DNA of 63,711 nt, filler included, from Bigelowiella natans CCMP2755 (Eukaryota > Protista > Cercozoa): the NCBI GenBank assembly GCA_000320545.1. It is 7 parts of 7 records of this genome, joined end to end, with 100 filler letters (N's around TTAATTAATTAA, not from the genome) between each part and the next. Parts side by side here need not be neighbours in the genome. Positions count along the whole stretch, not along the records: positions 1 to 2,209 come from ADNK01002085.1; positions 2,310 to 30,380 come from ADNK01002520.1; 5 more parts are not named here. One strand, 5' to 3'. The notes under the pieces were generated by a model. It saw nothing but the letters and a program-made list of their open reading frames with translations. It ran no database searches and was not told where the DNA came from. Positions 1 to 12,029 of this stretch are shown here, one piece after another (the stretch's first letter is position 1; the number at the start of each line of letters is the position of its first letter). The translations under genes were made by a program, and so were the position numbers.

Positions 1-1149
1 CCATCTATATACACTGATACGTTCTCCGCTCATGATAGAATAGGAATGTGGGGAAATAATGAAGATTGTTGTTCTATGACAAATAGTATTCTTCCTGAAA
101 TTCAAAGGATTAACGCTTGATTTACTACTGCATGAATACGACAAGCAAGGATAATTAGAAAATAGCAGTTTTTCGGTCACACACTCCCCCCCATCGCCTT
201 AGATTCGCAGTATTTCCATCATACTTCTCCCTCCTTTCTCTATTTGGTCTGAAAACGATGTACAGCATAACATCCAAAGATGCGAATAAGCACCTCACCT
301 AGATCTAGCCAAGCCTAAGTGCTTCGTCCGACCAAGATCTAGATTCGGTGGGAGCTTTCGGAGCTTTTGTCGTAAGTCGTAGTACTTATATAAGACATAA
401 TTATCTACAAATATATGTTACCTAAAATAAAAATAAATTTTGAATTGAACTTTTAATGTGATTTTTTATTGTCGTAAATAGATTTTTGCGATGTCGTCGT
501 TCTTTCATACGTCAACTATGATCTTGTTTGTAGGACTTAAGTCTGATGTAAAACATCATCCATTTCATGTAAAATATCCTCAATTTCAATGGGAGAAGGA
601 CGTGTTTCGTCATGAATTTTCGGTGGATCCCAGCATTTGCTTCGAGTCGGTTACCGATATGTGTCTTAGTATTCAACATTATGTTGAACACAGGAAATCC
701 ACGACATGCGACATAAATACCTTTGTAATTTATTGTATAAATAACCGCCTTCCACACTCATCTACGCAGGTTTCATTAGACGTAAATTTGCAATGTTCCA
801 CTATAATATGACGCCAATAATTACATGATGTCGCTTAGTATAATTAACGTATTATTGATGATTTGATGAATGTAAGACAGTTTTTAAATATGCGACTCAA
901 AGAGATGGATGTCGTCTTGCAAAAAAGGCAATTCGAATCTTTTGATAATCGACGAGCACGGTCCGTGGAGGGGGGGTCTATTAAATTTAAAGAAAGTCAT
1001 TAGGTGTTCCCAACGATTTGTTTCTTGGACGTTACCTCCATAGAACTAAGTCTGTTCTTATATTTAAGAAGGCCACCGAGGGAGGAACCAAGTAGAAGCT
1101 ATGTTCACCGTAAGATTCCACAGAAGATTACCTTCTTTGCTTTCAATCT

Positions 1150-1194
<45 letters not shown>

Positions 1195-1224
1195 GCTGCC
1201 CACCATCTCTGTTAGGTTCGGTCC

Positions 1225-1613
1225 ATGGCTTCCCGTATGGGAAATATGTTCTCGAGACGGATGAATTTCTCCTGGAGCTCCCCCGTAATTAAAATCCAAC
1301 CGCCCCCTCAAACATGTGATGTTGTTGTGCCCCTCTCATCAGATGTGTAATTTCCTCAGCGACCAGTACTTGCAAGGTTGCTACGCAAGTCTGCCATGGA
1401 GAGAAAAGTCATCACTCGCGGTGGATTTGCTGCGGCAGTGGCTTCAGCAGCAGCCTATGTTGCGTCGGAGTCATTAAGTCGGGCGGAGGAGCTTGGTGTT
1501 CATCAACCTCCCAATGTGTACTTGCCCACCAACGATCAAGCTTACGACTTTCGCATCTTCTCAGGAAACGGAAACCCTGTAATAGTAAATAGCCACCAAC
1601 CCTGAAAACGACG

Positions 1614-1654
<41 letters not shown>

Positions 1655-1783
1655 CATTACTGCTACTAACGTCGATGTTGACGGTTGTCGCTGCGAAAAA
1701 ATCTTTTTCCAGCTCTCTTCGAACCCCCCATCATTCGCTATAGTTATATCCATTAGTGCATTTATGCTGTCGTATCCTGCCTA

Positions 1784-1822
<39 letters not shown>

Positions 1823-1958
1823 TATATATACATGTGTGTGCGTGTGTCTGTGTGTGTGTAATAATATTGTTTAGGTCCTGGCAAATGAAATCGCAATGCG
1901 GCTGGGGTGTCAGCTTGGGCGGGCTATTATCGGAAGTTTCCAGGACGGCGAAGTAAAG
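1225..1958 (+). CDS. PRPS: Ribose-phosphate pyrophosphokinase (PRPP synthetase), 5' part; truncated by contig end
   Basis: Exons 1225-1284, 1360-1578 and 1875-1958 splice in frame via GT-AG to give ...FRIFSGNGNP|VLANEIAMRLGCQLGRAIIGSFQDGEVK, the typical PRS N-terminus, preceded by an Arg/Ser-rich leader (MASRMGNMFSRRMNFS). Confidence 0.85.
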
Positions 1959-2209
1959 GTGGGGTTGCCGACTTTTAGTCTCCCAAATTCCACTTGTTCC
2001 GTGCCCCAATATAATCTTAGTTCATCGCATCTTCGTGAAACCGTTTATTATCGTTTTTATCACAACTTCATACCCAAGCCTTGCCATGCTGTAATCCCCA
2101 ATAATGTCAAAATGAAGAAGCATTCAACGAGCGCGCATTGTCAGTGTTACTAAAACCGGCGACTTTCCTCGTTGCACGGCACGTCAACGGCCATGTCACG
2201 AGATGCTGA

Positions 2210-2309
2210 NNNNNNNNNNNNNNNNNNNNNNNNNNNNNNNNNNNNNNNNNNNNTTAATTAATTAANNNNNNNNNNNNNNNNNNNNNNNNNNNNNNNNNNN
2301 NNNNNNNNN
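2210..2309. other. Artificial contig spacer (Ns + TTAATTAATTAA)
   Basis: 100-nt N run with a central six-frame-stop linker. Confidence 0.97.
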
Positions 2310-2350
<41 letters not shown>

Positions 2351-2664
2351 AGTGAGCGACTGAGAGACACACACCCCCCCCCCCCCAGACTCACTCTCAG
2401 ACTCTCACACACACACACACTCACTCATATACATTTCATCTCATCTCATCTCTATCTGTATCTCTCTCACTATCTCTCTCAATCTCTCTCCCATCTCCAC
2501 ACACAACACACCATCTGCATCTGTCCCTGTCTCACTCGGTGTCTCACGCGCGCGCTCCCTCTCCATCTCCCTCTCAAACACAGTGACAAAAAAAAAAAAA
2601 AAAAAACAAAAAAAATAGGAGAGCACAAAAATAAACACACAAATACACACATATATATACACAT

Positions 2665-2705
<41 letters not shown>

Positions 2706-2710
2706 TATAA
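2310..2710. repeat. Compound microsatellite tract, representative of many intronic (TA)n/(CA)n/(GA)n/(CAT)n runs in the window
   Basis: Direct inspection. Confidence 0.9.
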
Positions 2711-2808
2711 ATGTACATGTGTTTAATTATGTTATATATTGGCTGATTATTTTCCTACTCTCCCATTATTATTGTTATTGATTATTGATTATTGACAATG
2801 TTCTTAAG

Positions 2809-2907
2809 GCAAAAATGGCGAAGCAGCTCATGCGTGATACACCTACTTCTACGAGGACTGTTGCTGATGATGTTCTCAGTCAGCAAATAGGAGAGGTATT
2901 GAGGGAC

Positions 2908-2940
<33 letters not shown>

Positions 2941-3373
2941 TTGATGATAATGAAGATGAGTTGGTGTTAGGCCTTCTAACATTTGGGGGGGGGGTTGGGG
3001 TGGCTCGATGAGAAAAACAAAAATGGTATTTTGTGTAGAAATAAATAGATTATTAAGTGAGGAGGAGCAGAGAGCAATCATCGTATTTACTACTACTACT
3101 GCAACCACTACTTCTACTGCTACTGCAACTGTATATTTTCCTCCTCTTATTTAACCTTACTCCTCTTACTCCTCCTCCTCCTCCTCCTCCTCCGCCTCTT
3201 CTACGCAGTTGGCAACAGACGTGCAGGCTATGGCCCTAACCCATGGAGCGGAAAAGGTCGATTGTAATCCTATAATATGAAAGAAGGAACACCGGTTGTT
3301 GTTGTTGTTGTTGTTGTGGTTGTTGTGGTTGTTACCGTCGTTTTCTCATTTGTGCACAAAGTCATCACCCATA

Positions 3374-3412
<39 letters not shown>

Positions 3413-3426
3413 CTTCTCATTCATCA

Positions 3427-3463
<37 letters not shown>

Positions 3464-3758
3464 GGTACTGAGATGTGCTTCGTGCACGATGCCATTGCCT
3501 CCGGGGGTCAAGCTGCCTTACAACTGCCGCTCTTGTGGTTTCCTGCAGGTGAGTGCTGCTGTAACTTCGATGAGCTTCATTTCGATTCCATCCTTCACAC
3601 ATTGCGAGCCGTCCCCTGCCCCCTCGTGGGTATATCGTTATTCTATACTTGCATCTTATACCGGCGTGTGCTTGCAGGAGGCATCGATGTTCCAAACAAG
3701 AAGCATATGGGATAATGATCGGCGTGCCCTTCCCCTTGAGGACGTCTTCAAAAATTGA
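2809..3758 (+). CDS. 3' exons of an unknown protein ending in a CxxC...CxxC zinc ribbon
   Basis: Exons AKMAKQLMRDT...IGE | LATDVQAMALTHGAEK | VLRCASCTMPLPPGVKLPYNCRSCGFLQ | EASMF...DVFKN* joined by GT-AG introns containing microsatellites. Confidence 0.55.
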
Positions 3759-4824
3759 CAAGTCTCGATATCTCTTTCAAGCAGCTATAGCACTACTAGA
3801 TTGGTCTCGGTTGCACTCTCTGGAACTTATAAATCATGTATGAACCAAGCAAGGGGAAAAAAGAGATCATAAATCTAGAAATCGAGAAAAATTTAGTAAA
3901 AGACTCCCTTCCGTCGTCACGAATCCGCCAGAGACAGAATATTTTGATGCAGGCATGCAAATTGCGTTCGCATATGTGTATGTGTTTTGTGCAGAAGTAA
4001 TGAAATTGAATTAGTAAAGCGGCCAGCAGCACGGAGAAACTATACGCTACTGCTCTGAGTAGCGATGAATGTTTGCATGCACGTGTAGCACACATGCGCA
4101 TAGAATATAAGTGATGCGCTGCCCAAGAAAAAGTAGCTTAGTAATAGACACAGTATTACGTGCTGGTGTCTATCATCTTATAGATTTAGGTTGCTGTGCG
4201 TAAGGTGCGGTGCAAGCTATGGGCTATAGCGCTTGACAGTATATTGTTGCCTGCAAATAAAATGTTTTTTGCGTAGTAGCTGAGCACGTGAGCGCATGTT
4301 TTTAAAGACGGCTTGACAAGAAACAATTTTTGCTTGAAGTTAAAACCGCTTGACATTTGCATAGTGTGTAGATAATAGCATCGTATGACCACCGTCGATA
4401 TAATACGTACTACATCTTGATTTAAAAATGAAATAAATCTTATGTTAATAACATTTATCATAGTTTGCACGCATGACTACGGATCGAGCGCTCTGATAGA
4501 GTCGTAACGACAAGCGGCGCGACAGCTGCGGATTACGTTAGGCAATAATGACACACGTCTAGACGTCCGAGAGCCGTATGTACATGCGTCTACAGACAAC
4601 GCTTATCAACAAAAAAACACTGCATTCTATCACGCCACGCCATTGCGTACGTATTACTAGGTGCATCCTCGATTTTGGCACATCATAGTTATAGATTATA
4701 ATGCTGTCGCAATGATCGATCACCAACATACCACATCTCCTTGCATATGTTCTCAAACTCAGCAATATGATGATGACATGATGATAATGATGGTGATTAT
4801 CATTATCATGATCATTCCAACCTA

Positions 4825-7539
4825 TTATCCGCCGTGGACTTCTAAACTGTAATTAGGTCTCTCCAATCCCCTCCCCTCTTTGATATCAGCCAGGCGAACA
4901 TAGTAGAAGTTTATTGTCACTGTCGCTTTGCCATCTATCCAGTCAGGACCAGGCGTAATTTTGAATTCGTGCAAATCATTACGCTTGAATCTTTTGTAGT
5001 GAGGCGCGGAAACTATCACAGTTTGCCGCCCTGTGTCTTTCTTCATATCACTTCCATTAGCGATGTCTGCTACCCAAATTCTCCCTGTTTTCCAATCTCC
5101 TTCGAGTCGTACGAAACACATCGCCTTATTACTCGCGTTCCATCTGTCGGTCTGCCAAGGCCTTCCATTGAAGATAGGCACTTCTTGCCTCGCAAAGTCA
5201 ACGAGATTTCGAACCAACTGAACCCCCTTTCTCGAAAGCCCTTTCACCTTTGCTGCATGTTCTTTAAGGATTCCAAGGTCTAAGACGCCGCAACCGCTGT
5301 CATCAGTCACTATGGCCTGGAGAAAATGCCCAACCATCGTGTATTCGAGAAGGTCCTTAACTGGAGAAATTATATCTGTAGAATATTCGGTGGCCTTTTC
5401 CTTTTTGGAAATGCTCTCCAAGCTTTTGCTGATTACCCTCTCGAAGCTCTTCTTTAGAAGACTCTCATGAATTGACTCCTTAAGATAGTAAGAGGAGAGA
5501 ATCTTTACAACGATTGCACACCGCTTCTTCTGCTGCTGTTGTTGCTCCTCTTCGGAGTCAACTTCCATGCCCCCCCCCGCCTTCATATCATTGGATGATC
5601 TAGATTTTGCGTTTTGATGTTTTTCTGGAAGAAGGGCTTCGAATATCTTATCGACATTCTTAAAGCCTGTGTACGTTTCTTTTCCCAAAAGGATGTGCGC
5701 CTTGGCCATGTACAAGTGTGCATTCACTTCGTTCATATCGTTGTGTATAGGAACCTTCCCTAGCTGCAGATTAATGAGTTTCAGAATGCTCAGGAGGTGC
5801 AAGCATTTCTTCACCGAGATCTCTTCTTTCAATGCATAATCTCTCAGCAGTCGTGCAGCGGCACCGTAGTCTTTATTTCTCATTGCCAATAGCCATTTTA
5901 TTCCGTAATCCTTGGAACTTACCGAACCTAGGATCGCAGGTATCTCCTCAAATCCTTCGAGACTAGCAAGCTCAAGGAGCCGTTCTGTCGGATTTTCCTT
6001 TCGCATTTGAACATATTTGATTACGGTTATGATCAATTCTTTGATGTCCTTCCTAAATTTCTTGCCGTAAGCGACGAGCTTCATATCTGCCTCCTCTTTG
6101 CTGCTGCTGCGCTCGCAGTAATCAACAATATATTCAAAATCCTTATAAATCTCCGCAAAAGCCTTAATTTCGCCCTCGTGGCCCCCGACGTCTTTCATGA
6201 GTTTGATGGCGTTCCTGCGACATTTGCTATATTCCATCGCGAAGTGTTTTTGATGCTTTTCGTTAGCATTTCTCCGGGCACGATTTTCTAAGTAGTGTAG
6301 GTCCTCAAGACGAATCTCTGCTAAGGTCTTCGCCGTATTGAATATTTCCACGTTACAGCCTCCCTTTCTGCCAGCAAGTTGCGTACACGAAAGCAGTATC
6401 TTTTCAATGGATTCTCTCCCATTGTGTGTCCAAGGAACATAATCAGGAACGTCCTTCTTCTTCCCCCACTCCTCTTTCTAAGCATTATATAATAATAATA
6501 ATAATCAGCATCATCATAAAAATAATAATAACAAACAGCAACGTGCATATCGTGTGAGGAGGAATAAAGGGCACTGATGCGTCTGTGTATCTTTTAAAAT
6601 ATATAAGGTGTATTATCTATCATGGTAGTACCCTTAGATTGCTTAATTTGCGCCTCCAGCCAAGAAGATCTTGCAGCACCTGCAGTAATTTCTTTGTATC
6701 CTGCCTTTCTCGTAGGAGAACCCCCGAGTAGTCACCAATGGCTGCGATATACTGATGCAAGCATGTCACATGACTGAAGAAAATCTCAGGAATCGTAAGG
6801 CCTTTGTACTCTAATTTCTCTTTCTCTACTGCCTTCTTCATGTATTTGTACGTAAGAGCCTCTCGACTGAACCTATCCCGAGTGTTCTTCGTAACGGAGG
6901 ATGAGGATTTCTTGCTTGCCATCTTGGCCACCTCGTCACTGAAGGCCCCAGCAGCCAATAGAGTGTCAAAGTCGTCTCTTAATTTCCACCGACACTTAGC
7001 GCTTACGCGCAGCTGTTCTGCCATTGATATGAGGTGACGGTGATATTGCGTTTTTTGGAGGAGAATTTCCCTTGTCAGAGAAGAGTGGTAGGGCAGAGGC
7101 CTATTGGTGCTCGGCATCTGATTGATGATGCTCCTGCTTATCTCTTTAAGCTTGTCCTCTAGGTCCTGTCGTGTCTCCATCTCTTCAAGGTGTTGACTGC
7201 TGAGATGTCCTCGATCGATATATTCCATGAGGGCAGAAAGCAGGAATTCGCTTGTGTTTTTGGGACGTTCTCCTCCAGCTAACAGCCCTCTCTTCTCATA
7301 TTTCTTCTCATCCATGCCCTTCCGGCGGAGTGCCCCTCCTCCTCATCATCGTCGTCATCATCGACCTGCACCTCGTTTTGTCGCTCCTGCTCTAATACAC
7401 AGCAATGTCGTAATCGAGCCCCCCTTGCAAAGGACCAACAGCGAAAGTGCGTTGGATCTCTCGTAGAAGCCGCTCCCGAAAATCTTGTCTTGGTCTGTCA
7501 TGTTTTCCTGCCCTCTCGATGTTTTTATCTAAACAGCGT

Positions 7540-7628
<89 letters not shown>

Positions 7629-8773
7629 GATAGAGGCATCTGGCGGATGCTGCAGTTTGCTTAACGCGAATTCGTTAGCTGCTCATCATGTTCTCTTCTA
7701 CTACTTTGCGTTCCGCAGATGTATGGCATGGCCGATTGGCTACTACCTCGCAATTTTTGAAATCCTTTTCCCTTTTCTTCATAGATCGCGTACCATGTGC
7801 GAGAGCATGCTGCGGTTATCAGGGTGCCTGACCGTTCTTCGAGCTGCAACTTCGGGATGTTCGCAGCTGCTTCCTTTGCTCTCACCTCCGTAATTTCAGC
7901 ATAACTCTTCCCCTGTAGACCATTTTTAAGCTCCTTACAGTGCACGAGAAGGTAGAGAACGGTCTCTGCAGATACCCCCCCCACAAGGAAAACCTTGTCA
8001 CCATGCTTTCCCACCACGACGTCCAGAAACTCTAGGTATTGGATATCGATGCGTCTTTTTCTTACCAGATTCAGAAGAGAAGGCATCTTGTCCTCCCACA
8101 CGAGATCTGCTTTGGAGGAGACGTTATATTTGGCAACTGCACTTTTGGTCGTGACATATAAGCCTAGAGGGGCATGATGCTGCTGTTGATGATGATGATG
8201 ACTACTATGGCTATGAAAAGCAAACTGTCCTCCTGTAATAGCATCTTGGGTTAGCATTTTCTTCATCATCCAGTTCGCAGCGCCGTAGAGGGCCGTTGAC
8301 CAACCCTCGTTTGCCTGATAGGCAGGTTGCAGACGAGGAGCCCCATCCACCATTTCTTTCTTCAAAACAGTAATCCTATTCGATGTCGAGCCAGTGACGA
8401 AGTAATCTCCACTCGATGTTAGCATTGTGATGTACTCTGAATCCTCTAATTTGACTAACCCTTCAATCTCTGCTCCGCGGAAGGAGTAGTTGTTACTGCT
8501 GGGCTTGAGGTGGAAGAGCCTCCCGGTAGAGGTCATGTAAAAGATTGATCGTACTCTTGATGCCCTCTCGTCAAACTCGATTACCATTCTTCTGCAACTT
8601 CCACTGCTTTCATCCTCAATGGGGTGATGGAAGAAGCGTTCCCTAGAAAGGGATTTCCATAGATAAAGACCAGTCCCATTGATAAACACCGTCCATCCAT
8701 TTTGCGTCACAATCCCGTCGCAAGGACCACTTTTCTGGAGCCTATCTAGATGCGGCGATTTATTGGCCATCAT
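4825..8773 (-). CDS. NUP133: Nucleoporin Nup133-like (3 exons)
   Basis: N-terminal GIVTQNGWTVFINGTGLYLW (beta-propeller start), YVPWT, AFAEIYKDFEYIVDYCE and IKWLLAM...HLLSILKL resemble conserved Nup133 segments. Introns at ~7529-7665 and 6478-6630; the latter splices in frame. Confidence 0.75.
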
Positions 8774-8825
8774 CCTGGAGGGGAGTGGCAGGTTTTAGTG
8801 GCGTTCTTCTCCTCGTGTTCGTGTT

Positions 8826-8872
<47 letters not shown>

Positions 8873-9483
8873 CTGCCGACCGGGCTGCTAATGTGTTATT
8901 TGCGATGAAGGACGGACTCCGCTCTTTCCCGCGCGATTCGTAACATATTGCGATTCCGCCCTTACGACAAGGAATTCTGCGAAAACAACTGCCTTTCTCG
9001 ATGCCACTTTCAGGCCAAATCTAGACACTTTTTCCTAGGATATTTAACGATATTTATCATCTATCTTACGCTTGCGAGAGGAAGATAAGAGAGAGATGCT
9101 GTCAAAGGATCGAAGTCGCTCGAATCAGCCTAAAACATCTGACGAAAATATTACACTGTGGGAGGGCTTAGCTGTCGGTCGCAAGGCCCACCAGATCCGA
9201 ATAAAATGCTTTTCTGTTGTTGGATATCTGTCAATTTTACCATGTCGTAGGGATTAAATACAGGTAATTCTACATATTTCTGTGAATCTACCATCGGATA
9301 ATGCGCTTAATTTCAAAATTCAATTTTGCCCGCCAAGCCCCTCCGAGCCCCTCGACTCTCCCCGTCACTACAGTCCTCGGTGAGTCATCTGCAGGCTAAT
9401 ATTGTGATATACACCTACATTAAGAACAGTGCGCAACGTGTATATATTCAAAACTAACGTGGTTCAACTTTCTGGAGCATCTA

Positions 9484-11289
9484 ATGGGGAGAAATGACAC
9501 GTTTATTGATGATCCCGGGCCCACACCCATGTGCTTTTTCCAGCGAAGGCAAGGAACCTTTCTCCAGCTTTTCTATTCCTCGTTATATGCAATGCGGGGA
9601 CCCGCGCTTTCTATGAGCAAGGTTAGCGTGATTCTTGCTTACGCTGCTTGCCTGTACGTTATGCTCTTCTGCTCCGACCCCTTTCGGCGTTTCCGTGTGC
9701 TGCAATTGGAGCCTTCGCCCGAATCGACCACGGGGGGGCCAAAAGAATCAAATGTGCTCATTACGACTGAGTCATCAGCTCCAGCTGATGGGGTTGTGCC
9801 TGTACCGGGGAGTCCTTCGACGACTACAGCGACATCATTAGAACCTCCTCTACCCGTAGCTTCGGCTTCTTCGGAGAAGATGATGTTTTTGCCCTCGTTG
9901 AGGCCTCACCAACAAAGAATTATAAAGGCCAGTCTCGTCGGAGGATTGGCAGTAGCTGCGTTTCGCATGGTGCCACGATTGCGGCGGGTGTTGAGGAGAG
10001 GGGCTCCTCGAAAGAAAAGTAGCAGTAATCTTCAACAGGAATCCTTCGCAAAAATGCTTAACCTGACCAAAACTGAACTTGCGGGCGCAGTCCACACCGG
10101 GAAAATGTTCAATCAGACTTTGGAGGAGCTAGAGGATACCCTACCCATCCTTGAAGACAGCGTTAAGGCTTGCATATGGATGATAGGAAATTGGACAACG
10201 ACGCCAGAAATGGGTCCTGTATCGACCCCCATAGCAAAGTCGCACGGAACGATTGACCAGTTTATGTTCCTTAGAGAATTTACCACGCGTCGATTGAAAG
10301 CCACCGCGAGTTCCCTGGAGCAGATTGTCAACGTAGCACGCAGCTTGGGCATGAATGGCCTTCCTGTTGATGCCCAGGCTGCACTATCAGAGCTGGAAAA
10401 CGTAGAGAAAATGATCGACAATGCCGGCGAGGAAGTTATTGGCACAAGTGTCCGAGAGCAACTAGCGGATTTCCTCACCGGTATACTGCATGAAATGAAC
10501 GCTGTGGCCAAGCAAACCAAGCAAGGGGCTAAGGGGGCATCAATACCTTGGGAGCGCCTCGTTCAACATATAGTCACAACGAAGGTTCTCGCAACTCAGC
10601 GCATGCAAAATGCACTCCTCTACCTTGAGAAAATCCGGGAAGTCCAGCAGACGCTACAAGAACATGTAGGGTTAAAGGAGGCTTGGACTGTGGACGTAGC
10701 AATGCGCCACTCTCCCATCGAAACGCGCGACTATTCAGTTTCGCAATTGAGCGGAGTGGCAGAGCATGTCGCATGCGTTAAGCGCGGTGTGTTGGACGGA
10801 CCTCCAGGGCCGCACTGGTTCACTGCGGGTCTTGCACAAATCGAAAGGATCAATTATTACGAGGGGCAGTGTTACATGAATCTAATGGGAGCCTTTACGA
10901 ACATCGAGCACCTTGGTAAAGCCATTCAATTTCTCGAGCTCTTTGAAGGAAAGAACGTCCAAGCTTGGGTCAAAGAGTACAAGCAACTTGCAGAGATGGT
11001 CACAGGAGCTGCAGGCACAATTGGCAATATGGCAGCTCGCAACCATAAGCGTTGTGTGATTTCGATGGAAGTTCTGATGGCAGGAGCGAAGAACGGTACC
11101 GAGGTACAGCGTGGAGAGCTTGCATCCTGGTTCCAAGAGTCAGCGTCTCAGCGACTTGTCACATCTGACGAAGACGCTCAAAGGTTTTTTGAGGCAGCAT
11201 CCAATGTGATGCAATCGTGGCCAGATGCGAATAAGGAAATACAGCGGTTAAGTAAGGCATATCCAAAGCCATACGGAAGACCAAGCTGA
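9484..11289 (+). CDS. Intronless hypothetical protein (~560-600 aa) with N-terminal hydrophobic segment and a second TM-like segment
   Basis: 601-codon ORF with a hydrophobic stretch (VSVILAYAACLYVMLFC), an S/T/P-rich linker, SLVGGLAVAAF followed by a basic patch, then a predicted helical body. True start may be a downstream Met. Confidence 0.75.
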   Translation: MGRNDTFIDDPGPTPMCFFQRRQGTFLQLFYSSLYAMRGPALSMSKVSVILAYAACLYVMLFCSDPFRRFRVLQLEPSPESTTGGPKESNVLITTESSAPADGVVPVPGSPSTTTATSLEPPLPVASASSEKMMFLPSLRPHQQRIIKASLVGGLAVAAFRMVPRLRRVLRRGAPRKKSSSNLQQESFAKMLNLTKTELAGAVHTGKMFNQTLEELEDTLPILEDSVKACIWMIGNWTTTPEMGPVSTPIAKSHGTIDQFMFLREFTTRRLKATASSLEQIVNVARSLGMNGLPVDAQAALSELENVEKMIDNAGEEVIGTSVREQLADFLTGILHEMNAVAKQTKQGAKGASIPWERLVQHIVTTKVLATQRMQNALLYLEKIREVQQTLQEHVGLKEAWTVDVAMRHSPIETRDYSVSQLSGVAEHVACVKRGVLDGPPGPHWFTAGLAQIERINYYEGQCYMNLMGAFTNIEHLGKAIQFLELFEGKNVQAWVKEYKQLAEMVTGAAGTIGNMAARNHKRCVISMEVLMAGAKNGTEVQRGELASWFQESASQRLVTSDEDAQRFFEAASNVMQSWPDANKEIQRLSKAYPKPYGRPS

Positions 11290-12029
11290 GTAGTGCATCA
11301 AGCTAGCAGAGTCACGAGGCAGAAATAGAGCATTTGTGGCATCATCGTGGATTGCGAACGAATGCGACCATGTCAAACAAACATTACTTACACTCATCGT
11401 CATCCATGTCGATCTCCTGCCCACTACAGTGTGTTCGGCCGTGCCAAAAGATCCATGTCATGTAGCGCCAGCAGGCAAACGTGTCTAGCGTGTGTGCATG
11501 TGTGTGCATGTATACATGTAAGACGGATATGTAATCAATCAAATCAAATTTGTTCAGCAATAATGGTCATCCTCATGTAGCATGTGCATGTGCACATTGC
11601 ATGTGCATGATTCCAGTGCCCACACACGACTGCCATGCATATGCTAGCATGCTATGTGATATAGAGTGAACACTTTCAAAATTCAAGGGGACGTGAATCT
11701 CACACCTCATAGCGGAGACCAACAGATTCAACATTAGCGCTGTAGCCGCTGCATTGCACAGCTAGACAGCTACGCGAGGATGACCATTGAACAAACTCAA
11801 TTGATCAATTACATCCGTCCTACAACTACACGATGGACGTGGCATGGGCTTATTTACAATGAATTATTATTCCTCGAATATTATTAAACGTTCATCTGCT
11901 TCTATTAGAACAATACTGTTGCATTATGTTGCAGATCTGCCTCATTCATGTTTCGGTGCTTTCTAAAGCCCCATGCAAAGCTTGTTGCTTCCTTTCCTAG
12001 CAATACCTCGTATATCTAAGTCACACTAT

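Noticed and set aside
2210-2309. TTAATTAATTAA palindrome recurring six times
   Set aside because: Always centred in 100-nt N runs; it is an artificial six-frame-stop linker, so adjacency across it carries no biological meaning.
2342-3761. ORFs with poly-His/Met/Ser, YIYI, CVCV or ERER runs here and throughout the window
   Set aside because: Translations of intronic microsatellites.
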